Assembly: GCA_963788195.1 (NCBI GenBank)
Contig: CAWBGA010000016.1
Location: 1-28,656 of the forward strand
From: Nitrospirota bacterium
GTDB taxonomy: Bacteria; Nitrospirota; Nitrospiria; Nitrospirales; NS-4
Direction: 5' to 3'
Length of the DNA: 28,656 nt
Below, piece after piece: positions 1 to 10,921 of this stretch; the stretch's first letter is position 1; each line of letters begins with the position of its first letter. The notes under the pieces are model-generated. The model had not been told where the DNA came from and did not search any database. It saw nothing but the letters and a program-made list of their open reading frames with translations. The translations under genes and the position numbers were made by a program.

Positions 1-30
1 ACGTTACTTTCTGTCATCCTTGTATCTTGA

Positions 31-1179
<1,149 letters not shown>

Positions 1180-1181
<2 letters not shown>

Positions 1182-1333
1182 GAGCGCCAGCGAAGGATCT
1201 CGACTGCCCACTCAGGATAACCTCCATGAAGGATCTCCATGGCAGCCTAGATTCTTCGCGTAGTTTATCCTGAGCCTCGATATTGAGATCCTTCACTTCG
1301 TTCAGGATGACAGCCGAAGGACTCAGAATGACA
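1180..1333. repeat. Nested REP-like palindromic cluster (TGTCATCCTGAG..GAAGGATCT family); its first 9 nt lie at 12-20, split off by the IS
   Basis: Arms at 1180-1201, 1285-1312 (GAGATCCTTC..TCAGGATGACA) and 1316-1333 (CGAAGGACTCAGAATGACA). Inner inverted pair CTCAGGATAA (1211-1220)/TTATCCTGAG (1265-1274). Confidence 0.75.
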
Positions 1334-1337
1334 ACTG

Positions 1338-1706
1338 TTAATCCCATTCCAAAGCGCCTTTCTTCCATGCGTAGAAATAGCCGACAAGAAGGATGGCAAT
1401 AAACAGCAGCATCTCGACCAGCCCGAAGAGTCCGAGCTCATTGAAGACGATGGCCCAGGGGTATAAAAACACCGTTTCGATATCAAAAATGACGAACAAC
1501 ATCGCAATAATATAATAACGCATTGGGAACTTGGCGCGGGCGTCCGAAAACGTCGGCGCCCCGCTTTCATAGGGCAGCAGCTTCGCATGATACGGCCGTG
1601 AGGGGCGCACGAGTGAACCGACCAAGAGAGAGCCGACCCCGAAGGCTGTCCCAGCCAGGATGAGAATCAGAATGGGAAGGTAGCTTTGAGGGACGAGCTC
1701 AGCCAT
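1338..1706 (-). CDS. nuoA: NADH-quinone oxidoreductase subunit A
   Basis: Three TM segments with KLLPYESG, YYIIAMLFVIFDIETVFLYPWA and YAWKKGALEW motifs. Confidence 0.96.
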   Translation of the reverse strand: MAELVPQSYLPILILILAGTAFGVGSLLVGSLVRPSRPYHAKLLPYESGAPTFSDARAKFPMRYYIIAMLFVIFDIETVFLYPWAIVFNELGLFGLVEMLLFIAILLVGYFYAWKKGALEWD

Positions 1707-2901
1707 GCGCGGCTGCGCCCGAGTAGAGCGCGTCGAGGAGAAACGGACGTGATCTAAGGCCGTCCAAAGCGGGAGCGGCCATGCCTTTGTGTTGTACGAG
1801 CACTTTGAAGGTGGTTCCCATGCCGCCCGGCTGCAGCAGTCGTCGTAGATAGCCGGACTCCTTCGATTCGGGATCCAAGCCGGCGAAAGCTCTGTCTATG
1901 CCGAGCCCCATCATGAAGTGAAGCTGATTTGTAAAACCCGTCACCCCCAAACCTTCTTGCTCGCCGATCAACGCCAAGCTCGTGAAATCGACATGAGCGG
2001 TGATGTCCTGTTGCCCGATCCTGACATATGGATTATCGGACACAGTCTCACGATAGTAGCAAAGCAGCGTACCGTCTTTTCTGAGCGGCGAATAGAGATC
2101 GGACGCGGTATGGCCGTAATCCACGGTCAGCACAATCCCCTTCGTGAGGCGCCGAGCGATCTGGCGCATCCAGTCAATAGCGTCGAGGTTAACTTCGGCG
2201 CGCTGGCCGTCCTCCAGTCGGATGGCGAGCCGCTCAAAATACTGTTGCACAGAAGGATCCACGGGGGGCGCTTCCACCTCGATGAAAGCCCCTGAAGCCG
2301 CAGACCATCCAACGAGGATCTCGCGCAATCCCAAGCGCCGCTGTACAACGCGATGAACGGGAAAGGCATCCACCAGTTCATTCGAAAGGATCGCGCCGAC
2401 GATCGAGTCGGGGGCGAGAGCGGCAAGGTCCGGAAGCCAGTGGACCGAAATACCGTTTTGGATAAACGGTAGCAAATGTTCCTGCTGCCGCCGCACCATG
2501 CCGGCGCTTCGTTCAATAATAAGGTATTGCAGACGGTCTAGAAGATCCGGGTGCTCGCGTTGAAAGGCCGCCAGCACGTGGCCAGCGAGGGTCCCTCGAC
2601 CGGCTCCCATTTCAAGGAGGGTGAAGATCCCGGTAGGAGCGATCGCGGCGGCTGCCTGTGCGACCTGTCGTGCCAGGAGATCGCCGTAGATAGGATGGAC
2701 TTCCGAGCTTGTCCAGTAATCTCCGCCCGCTCCGATCACCGGGTCTGTGGTGTAGTACCCGAAATCCGGGTCATACAGCGCCGTCTCCATAAACTCCGCA
2801 AAAGTAATGGGCCCGTTCTGGTCGATCCGTGCGATCAACTTTTGAACAAGCTCGCGATGCCCGAGCTCCACCGTGGATTTGTCTGGGGATAACAGTGCCA
2901 T
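1699..2901 (-). CDS. SAM-dependent methyltransferase, MidA/NDUFAF7 family
   Basis: GPITFAEFMETALY, GDYWTS, LLEMGAGRGTLA, SNELVDAFP, DYG and QDITAHVDF motifs. Overlaps the nuoA start. Confidence 0.92.
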   Translation of the reverse strand: MALLSPDKSTVELGHRELVQKLIARIDQNGPITFAEFMETALYDPDFGYYTTDPVIGAGGDYWTSSEVHPIYGDLLARQVAQAAAAIAPTGIFTLLEMGAGRGTLAGHVLAAFQREHPDLLDRLQYLIIERSAGMVRRQQEHLLPFIQNGISVHWLPDLAALAPDSIVGAILSNELVDAFPVHRVVQRRLGLREILVGWSAASGAFIEVEAPPVDPSVQQYFERLAIRLEDGQRAEVNLDAIDWMRQIARRLTKGIVLTVDYGHTASDLYSPLRKDGTLLCYYRETVSDNPYVRIGQQDITAHVDFTSLALIGEQEGLGVTGFTNQLHFMMGLGIDRAFAGLDPESKESGYLRRLLQPGGMGTTFKVLVQHKGMAAPALDGLRSRPFLLDALYSGAAAHG

Positions 2902-2913
2902 TTTGGAGGGCGT

Positions 2914-2942
2914 ACCATAGCGTAGGTCTTATGGTTAGTCAA
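2914..2942 (-). promoter_or_regulatory. Putative sigma70 promoter for the methyltransferase-nuoA unit
   Basis: Minus-strand TTGACT-N17-TATGGT ending 13 nt before the ATG at 2901. Confidence 0.5.
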
Positions 2943-3197
2943 GCTGAAAGGCTGTGTCTAGACAATGAGTTAGCGACGTTTATCCCCCAGAAAAGGCTTC
3001 TGCTGACATAAGCACCGATAGGCCGAAAGACCTATGCTCCTTTTTTGTTGATTTCGCCTTGGATTCCGGCAAAAGGCCTTGTTACCAGGGCAGTGTTCCT
3101 AGACCTTATCTCAAGTTACCGTCTTAAAAAGCCGACATCAGATCACGGAGAACTTTCCTTTGAAGTCATACATTTTCAAGTTATCGAAAGGATCGCC

Positions 3198-4760
3198 ATG
3201 GGCGGCCCGAATATAATCGGGCTGGTCGGTCCGATTCTCCCGCCGCCTGGGCCTGGAGTAAACTCCGCGCCGAAGGTCGCGGTGCCGATTGTCTTGGGCA
3301 CGGAGAACGCGGTCATCGATGACCCTGTGGTCGACCTCCTCAAGCAACTGCTGCCGGTGGACAGTCCGGTCGGAACCGTATTGGAACGATTTCGTGAGGC
3401 GATTGCGAGCTTGCAGACTCAGCAGCCCACAAACGATGCCGCCGCGAAGCTCATCGCCCTTTTAAAAGCTTTGCCCATTGACTTGAAGACAGTCACCGGT
3501 GAACAACTTCGCTCGGCTATCGACCGCTTGGGGCTTCGCTATGAACCGATGTTACAGACCGCCTTTGCAGAGCACGCCCATTTGGCCCTTCCGCAGTTGA
3601 CCGCGCAGAATCTCAAAGCCGCATTGTTGACGCTGCTTTCTGGGTATCAATCAGGCACCCCCGTCGATATCACCTTCTCAGCGATTCAGCGGGGAATTAG
3701 TCATGCTGCGGGATCCTCTACTGCAACTCCATTAAGCCGCCCAATAACTCAGCCGTCGGGAGAAAATCTTGAAGGCGCTCTTTTAAAACAACTCCAGGCG
3801 CAATCAAGAGAAATGCTGGCAACTTCATCAAAATCTGATCCCCAGCAGCCCCCGAATACTGCTTCGCTTAAGGATCAGCCCCAGCCAGCGGCTAGGCCGG
3901 CACTGCAGGGTAATGCACTGGAGGAATTTTCGCAGACTGCGAATCCTGTGGTGGGGCGGGACATGGCCCCCGCGATGGCAAAACTCCTTCAATCGACCCC
4001 GCAGGCGATTCCAGGGGGCAGCATAGCGGACGGTCCGGTGGCAAGCCTCAAAGCCATCGGAGCCGGCAATGAAGTCGAGAGGCTCGCGGCACCCAAGGTC
4101 GTGGGAGTCGAGAGTGAAGTTGAACCGCTGATCAGCACATCGAAGAGTATTGAGCCTAAAAGCCCTCAACTGGGTGAGCAAATCACGAAATTCGCAGTGG
4201 GCAAGCTGCCGGCAGCGGACTTGCCTGTTCAGGCTGCAGATTCTGCGGCTCAATCAACAGCATTAACCGGCAAACAAGCAACTGATGTCCGCCACCAGGC
4301 TCACGAACTGTTATCGGTAATCGAGCGCACTCAGGTCCTAAACAGTGTGAATAGCGAACGGGGCGCGCCCTTAACCTTCCAAATCCCGTTCGTGTTGGAC
4401 GGCCGCTCCTCTACCGCAGAGTTTTACGTGGACGGGCGGTCAGAAGAGGGTCGAAAAACCCCACCTGAAGAGCGCCATTACAGCGTTGTGGCACTGCTGG
4501 ACCTGAGTGAACTTGGGGCCTTGCGCGTTGATCTTGCGCTGCACAAAAAGCAGCTGTCAGTGAAGGTCACCGTCGAGCGCGAGGACACAGAAGTATTGGC
4601 CAGCCAGCTCCTACCAGAGCTCGCACAGACTCTGGGCGCGCACGGTTTTGCTGTGGAGTTTCTCAGGTGCGAGCTCAAGACTGACGGTAGCGTCAGAGGT
4701 GAGGAACTGCGGGACCGGCCGCTTCCGGAGGGCGATGGGCTTATCAATATTCGCGCTTGA
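3198..4760 (+). CDS. Flagellar hook-length control protein FliK-like (C-terminal Flg_hook domain)
   Basis: Long low-complexity Pro/Ala/Gln region, then a C-terminal LDLSELGALRVDL..LSVKV..LAQTL domain. AAAGGA RBS precedes ATG 3198. Adjacent to the FlhB-C gene. Confidence 0.7.
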   Translation: MGGPNIIGLVGPILPPPGPGVNSAPKVAVPIVLGTENAVIDDPVVDLLKQLLPVDSPVGTVLERFREAIASLQTQQPTNDAAAKLIALLKALPIDLKTVTGEQLRSAIDRLGLRYEPMLQTAFAEHAHLALPQLTAQNLKAALLTLLSGYQSGTPVDITFSAIQRGISHAAGSSTATPLSRPITQPSGENLEGALLKQLQAQSREMLATSSKSDPQQPPNTASLKDQPQPAARPALQGNALEEFSQTANPVVGRDMAPAMAKLLQSTPQAIPGGSIADGPVASLKAIGAGNEVERLAAPKVVGVESEVEPLISTSKSIEPKSPQLGEQITKFAVGKLPAADLPVQAADSAAQSTALTGKQATDVRHQAHELLSVIERTQVLNSVNSERGAPLTFQIPFVLDGRSSTAEFYVDGRSEEGRKTPPEERHYSVVALLDLSELGALRVDLALHKKQLSVKVTVEREDTEVLASQLLPELAQTLGAHGFAVEFLRCELKTDGSVRGEELRDRPLPEGDGLINIRA

Positions 4761-4850
4761 AGCGCTTTCTATTCTAGCGTGTGATGAGGAGACCGCGGAT
4801 AAAAGCCTGTCTCGGCAGGCTTGGGGCGGGTGGGTGAAATAGGCGGCAAA

Positions 4851-5156
4851 ATGATTAAACATCCCCGAAAAGGCGCAGTGGCGCTGCGCTATGAGCCGGA
4901 AAAGAGCTCATCCCCCCGCGTAACCGCACATGGCGAAGGATTGATGGCGGAGCGTCTCATCGAAGAGGCCAAACGACACGGCATTCCCATCCGGGAGAAT
5001 CCGGATCTAGTGGAAATCCTGCTCCAGTTGGATTTGGGACAAGAGATACCACCATCGCTCTACCAGGCCGTCGCCGAGACGTTGATCTTTGTGTACCGTC
5101 TCAACGAGGAATGGAAAAAAACCCACGCAATTGGAACCGGACGTCCGCTGCCTTAG
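4851..5156 (+). CDS. FlhB C-terminal-domain-only protein (EscU/YscU/HrcU-like; YlqH/FlhX type)
   Basis: AVALRY..SPRVTAHG.G.MAERLIEEAK.HGIPI.ENP.LV..L..LDLGQEIPPSLYQAVAE. Confidence 0.9.
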   Translation: MIKHPRKGAVALRYEPEKSSSPRVTAHGEGLMAERLIEEAKRHGIPIRENPDLVEILLQLDLGQEIPPSLYQAVAETLIFVYRLNEEWKKTHAIGTGRPLP

Positions 5157-5165
5157 CTAGTATCC

Positions 5166-5309
5166 CTACCAGGTCGTCGATACTTTGCAATCGTCGCAGA
5201 GCCATTTCCTGGGCGAATCAGGCCGGTCATCCTTCTCTTGTGTGGGACGGGCAACCGGCTGCATAGCTTTATGGCATCGTGGACATTTCGGAGGATTATA
5301 GTGAGTCAT
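5166..5309 (-). CDS. Small zinc-ribbon-like protein, 47 aa (not in ORF track)
   Basis: Hand translation gives MTHYNPPKCPRCHKAMQPVARPTQEKDDRPDSPRKWLCDDCKVSTTW, i.e. CxxC-x25-CxxC. Starts 8 nt after the GGDEF gene stop on the same strand. Confidence 0.65.
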   Translation of the reverse strand: MTHYNPPKCPRCHKAMQPVARPTQEKDDRPDSPRKWLCDDCKVSTTW

Positions 5310-5317
5310 TTGTGATA

Positions 5318-6370
5318 TCAGGGGTTCTTTGCGATCGTCACACGGTCTCCGCCCGCCGCCTTGGATCGATACATTGCCTCATCGGCTTTTGACATCAACT
5401 CTTGTTTTGATTTGGCATGGTCTGGAAAGCCGGCAATCCCGATGCTTGCGGTTAATTGCCGCCGCAGGCTGGCCCCTTCCCCGAAGGCATGCACTTGGAT
5501 GGCTTTCCGGAGGCGTTCGGCGACCATGCGCGCCGTCGCCACGGTGGTTTCGGGAAGGATCACCACAAATTCATCACCACCGTACCGAGCCGGAATGTCC
5601 ACGTCGCGCACGCTTTTACGCATGATCTGCGCAAGTTCAGTGAGGCAGAGGCTGCCTATAGGATGCCCATAGAGGGCATTGATCGCATTGAAATGATCGA
5701 GGTCCAGGAAGATCACCGCCACGGTCGAACGATACCGGCTGCAGCGGCGAATTTCCCAATCAAGAGTCTGATCGAGATAACGGGCGTTGAACAGGCCCGT
5801 GAGCTCATCGGTGATCGCCAGATTCGAGACCTGCTCAATCAACGACGCGTGCTCCAGCGCGATAGACGCCTGATGGGTCAGGCGAGTCAGCAGTTGAAGA
5901 TCATCACGAGTGAATGGGGCGCCGATTTTATTGAGCATTTCTAATATGGCCACGGGTTTTCCTTGGCTCAGGATCGGTACACACAGGATCGAACGGCTCG
6001 TCACGCTGGTCGCATCATCCACCTCGGGCAAAAATCTGGGGTCTGTCTGCGCATCGCCGACGATGACGGGTTTGCCATGGGATGAAACCCAGCCGATGAT
6101 TCCGTTTCCGGCCCGGACCCGAAGACCCTTCAGGCCGTCCACCTTGGAGCCTCCGCACATCTCGAACACCAGATCCCGCGTTGCTGGGTCCACTAAGAAA
6201 AGAGACCACGCGCGGCAACGGACCATTGCGCGCGCCTTGTCGAGGATCGTGCGGAGCGCAGCTTTGGGCTCGCGGGAAGACGTGAGCGTTCGCGCGGTCT
6301 CGATAAAGAAACGCAGTTCTCGTTGGCATGCGCTGAACGAAGCAGCGGGGCTTCTTAAGAGCCGTGGCAC
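5318..6370 (-). CDS. GAF-domain sensor diguanylate cyclase
   Basis: N-terminal GAF domain (GIIGWV..GKPVIV.D, SILCVP, NK) followed by [13 protein letters not shown], the RxxD I-site RDVD and RYGGDEF. Confidence 0.94.
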   Translation of the reverse strand: MPRLLRSPAASFSACQRELRFFIETARTLTSSREPKAALRTILDKARAMVRCRAWSLFLVDPATRDLVFEMCGGSKVDGLKGLRVRAGNGIIGWVSSHGKPVIVGDAQTDPRFLPEVDDATSVTSRSILCVPILSQGKPVAILEMLNKIGAPFTRDDLQLLTRLTHQASIALEHASLIEQVSNLAITDELTGLFNARYLDQTLDWEIRRCSRYRSTVAVIFLDLDHFNAINALYGHPIGSLCLTELAQIMRKSVRDVDIPARYGGDEFVVILPETTVATARMVAERLRKAIQVHAFGEGASLRRQLTASIGIAGFPDHAKSKQELMSKADEAMYRSKAAGGDRVTIAKNP

Positions 6371-9054
6371 TTTTTGTATTTCTTACCGCTGCCGCAGGGA
6401 CAAGGATCGTTACGTCCGACCTTGTCTACCGCACGCCGAGCGGTCTTTGGGCCAGTCTCGTCGGCCGTCTCCTCACCCCGGTTAAGCGTCAAGGGAACAG
6501 CGCGCCTCGGTTCTTCGAGCGGACGCGGAGACTCCCCTTGCACAACCTGAACGCGGAAGAGGTGCTCAAGCACGTCTCGTTTCATCCGGTCCATCATCGC
6601 GGCGAACATCTCAAAAGCTTCCCGCTTGTATTCGATTAAGGGATCCTTCTGCCCGTAGCCGCGAAGGCCTATGCCCTCACGAAGACTGTCGATGCCTAAC
6701 AGATGGTCCTTCCAAAGGCTATCGATGGTCGCGAGCATCACCCTTTTCTCGAGGAACCGTAGCAGCTCTGCCCCGAGCTCCTTCTCCTTCTTTTTGTACG
6801 CTTCGTCGACCTTCCTGAGCAGTTCCTGCTGTAAGGCCTCGAATCCGATGTCCTTGAAGTCGATCGATCCGTCTTTGATGTCGATACCGAACTGGGCAAA
6901 CGCCGCGTCGGCCAGGCCTTTGAAATCCCAATCCTCCTGATAGGCGCCTTCGGGACAGTACACCGAGAGGAGCATCTTCAGCACTTCCTCCGTGCTTGAG
7001 CGGATCTCCTCTGTGAGGTCGTCGCCGCGCAGGATCATGCGACGGCGCTCATAGACCACTTCCCTCTGCTTGTTCAGTACATCGTCATAGTCAAGGAGCT
7101 GTTTGCGGATTTCGAAGTGGTGCGCTTCTACTTTCTTTTGCGCGTTTTCAATGGCACGTGTCACCATCCCGGCCTCAATCGGCACCCCTTCTTCCATCCC
7201 GAGTTTCAGCATGATCTTTGAGATACGCTCCGACCCGAAAATGCGAAGCAGGTCGTCCTCAAGCGATAGATAGAAACGTGAGGAGCCGGGATCGCCTTGC
7301 CGGCCGGATCGCCCCCTCAATTGGTTGTCAATGCGCCGGCTCTCGTGACGTTCCGTGCCTATAATATGAAGACCTCCGGCCGCGATGACTTCTCTTTTCT
7401 CCGCTTCGCACTCGGCCTCGATCTGAGCCTCTAATTTTGCCTGATCTTGAGGCGTCATCTCGGGGTCTGCGTATACGGTCTTCTTGAAGAGAAACTCGGG
7501 ATTGCCTCCCAGAAGGATGTCGGTACCGCGCCCCGCCATATTCGTCGCGATCGTCACGCCGGCCTTGCGCCCGGCCTGGGCGATGATCTCGGCCTCGCGT
7601 TCGTGGTGCTTGGCGTTCAGAACGCTATGCTTGATTCCCTGACGCACCAGGTAGCCCGCGAGGCGCTCCGATTTCTCGATAGAGATGGTCCCAACCAAAG
7701 CTGGCTGACCTCTTTGATGGCACTCTTTGATGTCTTCCACGATCGCGTTGAACTTTTCTTTCTCTGTGCGATACACGACATCCGCAAAGTCCTGCCGAAT
7801 GTTGACACGGTTTGTGGGCGCTACGACCACTTCGAGGTTGTAGATTTTTGCGAACTCGCTGGCTTCGGTATCGGCCGTTCCCGTCATGCCGGCCAGCTTG
7901 TCATACATCCGGAAGAGGTTTTGGAAGGTTATCGACGCCAGCGTTTGGTTTTCGTTGGCGATCTTGACAGCCTCTTTCGCTTCAACTGCCTGATGGAGTC
8001 CGTCTGACCATCGGCGTCCCGGCATCAAGCGGCCGGTGAACTCATCCACAATAATGACTTCGCCGTCCTTGACGACATAGTCCACGTCGCGGTGGTACAT
8101 GACATGCGCCCGAAGGCCTTGCACCACATGGTGGACCAGGCTCAGGTTCGCGGGATCATAGAGGTTACTCACGCCGAGCGCCCGTTCCACCTTCTCGTTG
8201 CCCTCTTCGGTCAATGCGGCCGTTTTTGTTTTCTCCTCGATCGTGTAGTGCTCTTCTCGTTTTAAGCTGGGAATGATGCGATCGATGCGATAGTACAGAT
8301 CGGTGGAGTCTTCGGTCGGGCCGGAGATGATCAGGGGCGTGCGAGCCTCATCGATCAGGATGCTGTCCACTTCGTCGACGATGGCGTAACGCAACTCGCG
8401 CTGGACGCACTGATCAAGATCCGTCACCATGTTGTCGCGAAGATAATCGAATCCGAATTCGTTGTTCGTACCATAGGTGATGTCCGCTCGGTAGGCTTCA
8501 CGACGGGTACAGGGCCTCAGGTGTAAGAGACGCTTGTCCTCGGGGTCATACGTCGGATCGAACAGGAAAGACATCTCGTGCTGAATGACCCCGACTGAGA
8601 GCCCGAGCGAATGATAGAGGGGGCCCATCCATTGGGCGTCACGCTTGGCCAGGTAGTCGTTGACCGTGACCAAGTGTGAGCCCTTGCCCTCGAGAGCATT
8701 CAGGTAGAGCGCAAGGGTCGCGACCAGAGTTTTGCCTTCGCCTGTTTTCATCTCGGCGATCTTGCCCTCGTGCAGGATGATGCCGCCGATCAATTGGACG
8801 TCGAAATGCCGCATCTTGAGCTTGCGCTTGGACATTTCACGGCACACCGCGAAGGCTTCCGGAAGGAGATCATCCAGGACTGCCCCGTCGGCCAGACGCT
8901 TTCGGAATTCGTCGCTTTTCGCACCGAGTTGTTGATCGGTGCGTACAGAGATATCGGGTTCCAGCGCGTTGACTTTCGCGACGACGGGACGCATCCGCTT
9001 GATTTCCCGGTCGTTTTTGCTGCCGAATACTTTTTTCAGGAAAACGTTGATCAT
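6355..9054 (-). CDS. secA: Preprotein translocase subunit SecA
   Basis: [56 protein letters not shown] and C-terminal [18 protein letters not shown]. Start assigned to MINVFLKK at 9054. Confidence 0.98.
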   Translation of the reverse strand: MINVFLKKVFGSKNDREIKRMRPVVAKVNALEPDISVRTDQQLGAKSDEFRKRLADGAVLDDLLPEAFAVCREMSKRKLKMRHFDVQLIGGIILHEGKIAEMKTGEGKTLVATLALYLNALEGKGSHLVTVNDYLAKRDAQWMGPLYHSLGLSVGVIQHEMSFLFDPTYDPEDKRLLHLRPCTRREAYRADITYGTNNEFGFDYLRDNMVTDLDQCVQRELRYAIVDEVDSILIDEARTPLIISGPTEDSTDLYYRIDRIIPSLKREEHYTIEEKTKTAALTEEGNEKVERALGVSNLYDPANLSLVHHVVQGLRAHVMYHRDVDYVVKDGEVIIVDEFTGRLMPGRRWSDGLHQAVEAKEAVKIANENQTLASITFQNLFRMYDKLAGMTGTADTEASEFAKIYNLEVVVAPTNRVNIRQDFADVVYRTEKEKFNAIVEDIKECHQRGQPALVGTISIEKSERLAGYLVRQGIKHSVLNAKHHEREAEIIAQAGRKAGVTIATNMAGRGTDILLGGNPEFLFKKTVYADPEMTPQDQAKLEAQIEAECEAEKREVIAAGGLHIIGTERHESRRIDNQLRGRSGRQGDPGSSRFYLSLEDDLLRIFGSERISKIMLKLGMEEGVPIEAGMVTRAIENAQKKVEAHHFEIRKQLLDYDDVLNKQREVVYERRRMILRGDDLTEEIRSSTEEVLKMLLSVYCPEGAYQEDWDFKGLADAAFAQFGIDIKDGSIDFKDIGFEALQQELLRKVDEAYKKKEKELGAELLRFLEKRVMLATIDSLWKDHLLGIDSLREGIGLRGYGQKDPLIEYKREAFEMFAAMMDRMKRDVLEHLFRVQVVQGESPRPLEEPRRAVPLTLNRGEETADETGPKTARRAVDKVGRNDPCPCGSGKKYKKCHGS

Positions 9055-9102
9055 GCAGATGAGCCCAGGTTGAGTTCTTAGTATACTGAAAAACTTACGA
9101 CA

Positions 9103-9774
9103 ATGAAACCAAATCGGGATCAGCGAGCGGCGAACCCCCATCGATTCACTGAGGACGGGAATGTCGGCATCGCCATACTGACCCAGATATTTATTCTTCT
9201 TCTTGCCGGATTTTTTGTATGGGGTGTCATTCCAGGACACTGGAAAGACTTCATCAAGACCGGTCCCTGGAAAACCGTGGCGGCCGTCATCCTAGGGCTG
9301 GTGATCGTGGTCGGCGTTACGAAGGATCTGCTCGAGCGGCGTGAGCGCAAACGAGCGCATGCTCGCGTCGCCAAAGTCTTCAGAGAGGCCACCGAGCCGG
9401 CGCTCCAGAAGCGAGCCGCGCTTTGGCTGATCGAGGACAACCGGCGCTCTCCTGAGCGATTGGCCGACGCCGGGCCCCGGTTGTTCGATGTGCTTCTTTG
9501 GATCTTGAAATCGGACCCGGAAAAGCTCGACCGCGCGAAGGCGGCCAATGGCTTAGCTGTGCTTGGAGATTCCCGGGCGATTGAGCATCTTCTTTTGGCG
9601 ACGAATGACGAATACGCCTACGTAAGGGCCGAGGCGGCTTTCGGACTCGGCCGGCTCAAAGCCCTTTCTGCCGAAAAACGGCTGCGGGAGTTGGCCGTGG
9701 ATGATTGGGATGCGGGCGTTCGCGGGCGCGCGAAGGAGGCCTTGGACTGGCTGGGCCGCCCTTTAGGGAGTTGA
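9103..9774 (+). CDS. Membrane-anchored HEAT-repeat protein
   Basis: Two N-terminal hydrophobic segments, then HEAT-like repeats ([34 protein letters not shown]). Confidence 0.8.
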   Translation: MKPNRDQRAANPHRFTEDGNVGIAILTQIFILLLAGFFVWGVIPGHWKDFIKTGPWKTVAAVILGLVIVVGVTKDLLERRERKRAHARVAKVFREATEPALQKRAALWLIEDNRRSPERLADAGPRLFDVLLWILKSDPEKLDRAKAANGLAVLGDSRAIEHLLLATNDEYAYVRAEAAFGLGRLKALSAEKRLRELAVDDWDAGVRGRAKEALDWLGRPLGS

Positions 9775-9818
9775 CAGGGATCTATAGCATGGTTACATTT
9801 AGGATACCCATGGTATCC
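9771..9818 (+). promoter_or_regulatory. Sigma70 promoter of the TonB operon with overlapping palindromic operator
   Basis: TTGACA (9771-9776)-N17-TACATT (9794-9799). Palindrome GGATACC-CAT-GGTATCC at 9802-9818. Confidence 0.6.
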
Positions 9819-9824
9819 AAAAGC

Positions 9825-10115
9825 ATGAAAGTAACCGCTTGGGCTTTGACCGTTGCTCTGGTCGTTATCCTCGGAACGACCACGGCCGGGGCCTTTAGCC
9901 ATGAAGTGCAACACGCGGCTCATCACACCGCGGGGATGCATGCTACGGGCATCTGTGCGTGGATGTGTGCATCGGCGGGCGCAGTCATCACGCCGGTCTT
10001 CCTTCCAGTTTCATTCCCAGTGGTTCAACAATCTGAACTTCCCCAGGCATCTCAACCCGTCTCCCTGATTATTGCGAGCCGGCTCCAGGCTCGCGCACCT
10101 CCAATTCTCCTCTAG
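9825..10115 (+). CDS. RAPP-motif leader peptide 1 (DUF2946/CruR/CutF-like): signal peptide, His-rich, CAWMC, C-terminal RAPP
   Basis: MKVTAWALTVALVVILGTTTAGA|FSHEVQHAAHHTAGMHATGICAWMC...LQARAPPILL. Start may instead be 9810. Confidence 0.82.
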   Translation: MKVTAWALTVALVVILGTTTAGAFSHEVQHAAHHTAGMHATGICAWMCASAGAVITPVFLPVSFPVVQQSELPQASQPVSLIIASRLQARAPPILL

Positions 10116-10198
10116 CTTCAGAGTAGACACGTCCGGCAGCAGCCCCTATGGCGACCGCCGGGGTCTCTTTTCACTTCAAGCTGACCGCTTGGAGGCCT

Positions 10199-10300
10199 AT
10201 GTACATATCGGAGGAAGCCTATTGCGATGCTGCACGCTTGCTGTCGCGTCTGGCAGTGTGCTGCTCGCAGACAATGGCTACAGTGAGAGATTATCTATGA
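10199..10300 (+). CDS. Possible 33-aa Cys-containing small ORF
   Basis: MYISEEAYCDAARLLSRLAVCCSQTMATVRDYL. GGAGG at 10191-10195 has short spacing to the ATG. The stop overlaps the exbB SD (TGAGGAG). Confidence 0.35.
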   Translation: MYISEEAYCDAARLLSRLAVCCSQTMATVRDYL

Positions 10301-10312
10301 GGAGACGGCGCT

Positions 10313-10921
10313 ATGCTCGAACTCTTTAATAAAGGCGGGCTCATGATGTACCCGCTATTGCTGTGCTCGCTTGCGGCGGTGACCGTGATCATTGAAAGAA
10401 CGCTTTTCTGGATTCGTCACCGACAACGTAATGACCGTCTCGAATCGGTGCTGAAACTGATCGAAAGTAACCGGGATAAGGAGGCCTTGCATGAAACCGA
10501 AGCGGCTGGTCCCATTGGCCACGTCCTGGCCGCCGGACTTCAGCCAGGAGTCACTTCACCGGCGATTGCGATGCAAGGCGCCGCCACGGCGGAGATCAGC
10601 AAGATGAAGGCTGGGCTCCCGCTCCTGGACACGGTGGTCACGCTGGCGCCACTGTTGGGGCTCCTTGGCACGATTATCGGCATGGTCCAGTCATTTCAGC
10701 TCATGGCAGCGTCAGGTCTAGGGCAACCACATGCGGTCACCGGTGGTGTAGCTGAGGCGTTGATCGCGACCGCGACCGGACTCCTGGTTGCGATCTTGGC
10801 CCTGATTCCCAACAACTATTTCACTGCGAAGGTCGAACGGGCCACCGATCGGATGGAGGAATACGCGACTCGATTGGAGCTACGCCTGCAAGCGAGAGAG
10901 GCAAACCATGAAAATTCCTAG
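10313..10921 (+). CDS. exbB: MotA/TolQ/ExbB proton channel protein
   Basis: GGLMMYPLLLCS, APLLGLLGTIIGM and GGVAEALIATATGLLVAI. Confidence 0.93.
   Translation: MLELFNKGGLMMYPLLLCSLAAVTVIIERTLFWIRHRQRNDRLESVLKLIESNRDKEALHETEAAGPIGHVLAAGLQPGVTSPAIAMQGAATAEISKMKAGLPLLDTVVTLAPLLGLLGTIIGMVQSFQLMAASGLGQPHAVTGGVAEALIATATGLLVAILALIPNNYFTAKVERATDRMEEYATRLELRLQAREANHENS

Noticed and set aside
9055..9240. 62-aa N-terminal extension of SecA
   Set aside because: It overlaps the divergent HEAT gene, and the SecA-like sequence begins at [11 protein letters not shown] (9054).
9825..10115. RAPP leader 1 as a SecM-like regulator of nearby secA
   Set aside because: It is on the opposite strand to secA and separated by another gene. 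Arrest peptides act in cis on downstream genes, here exbB.
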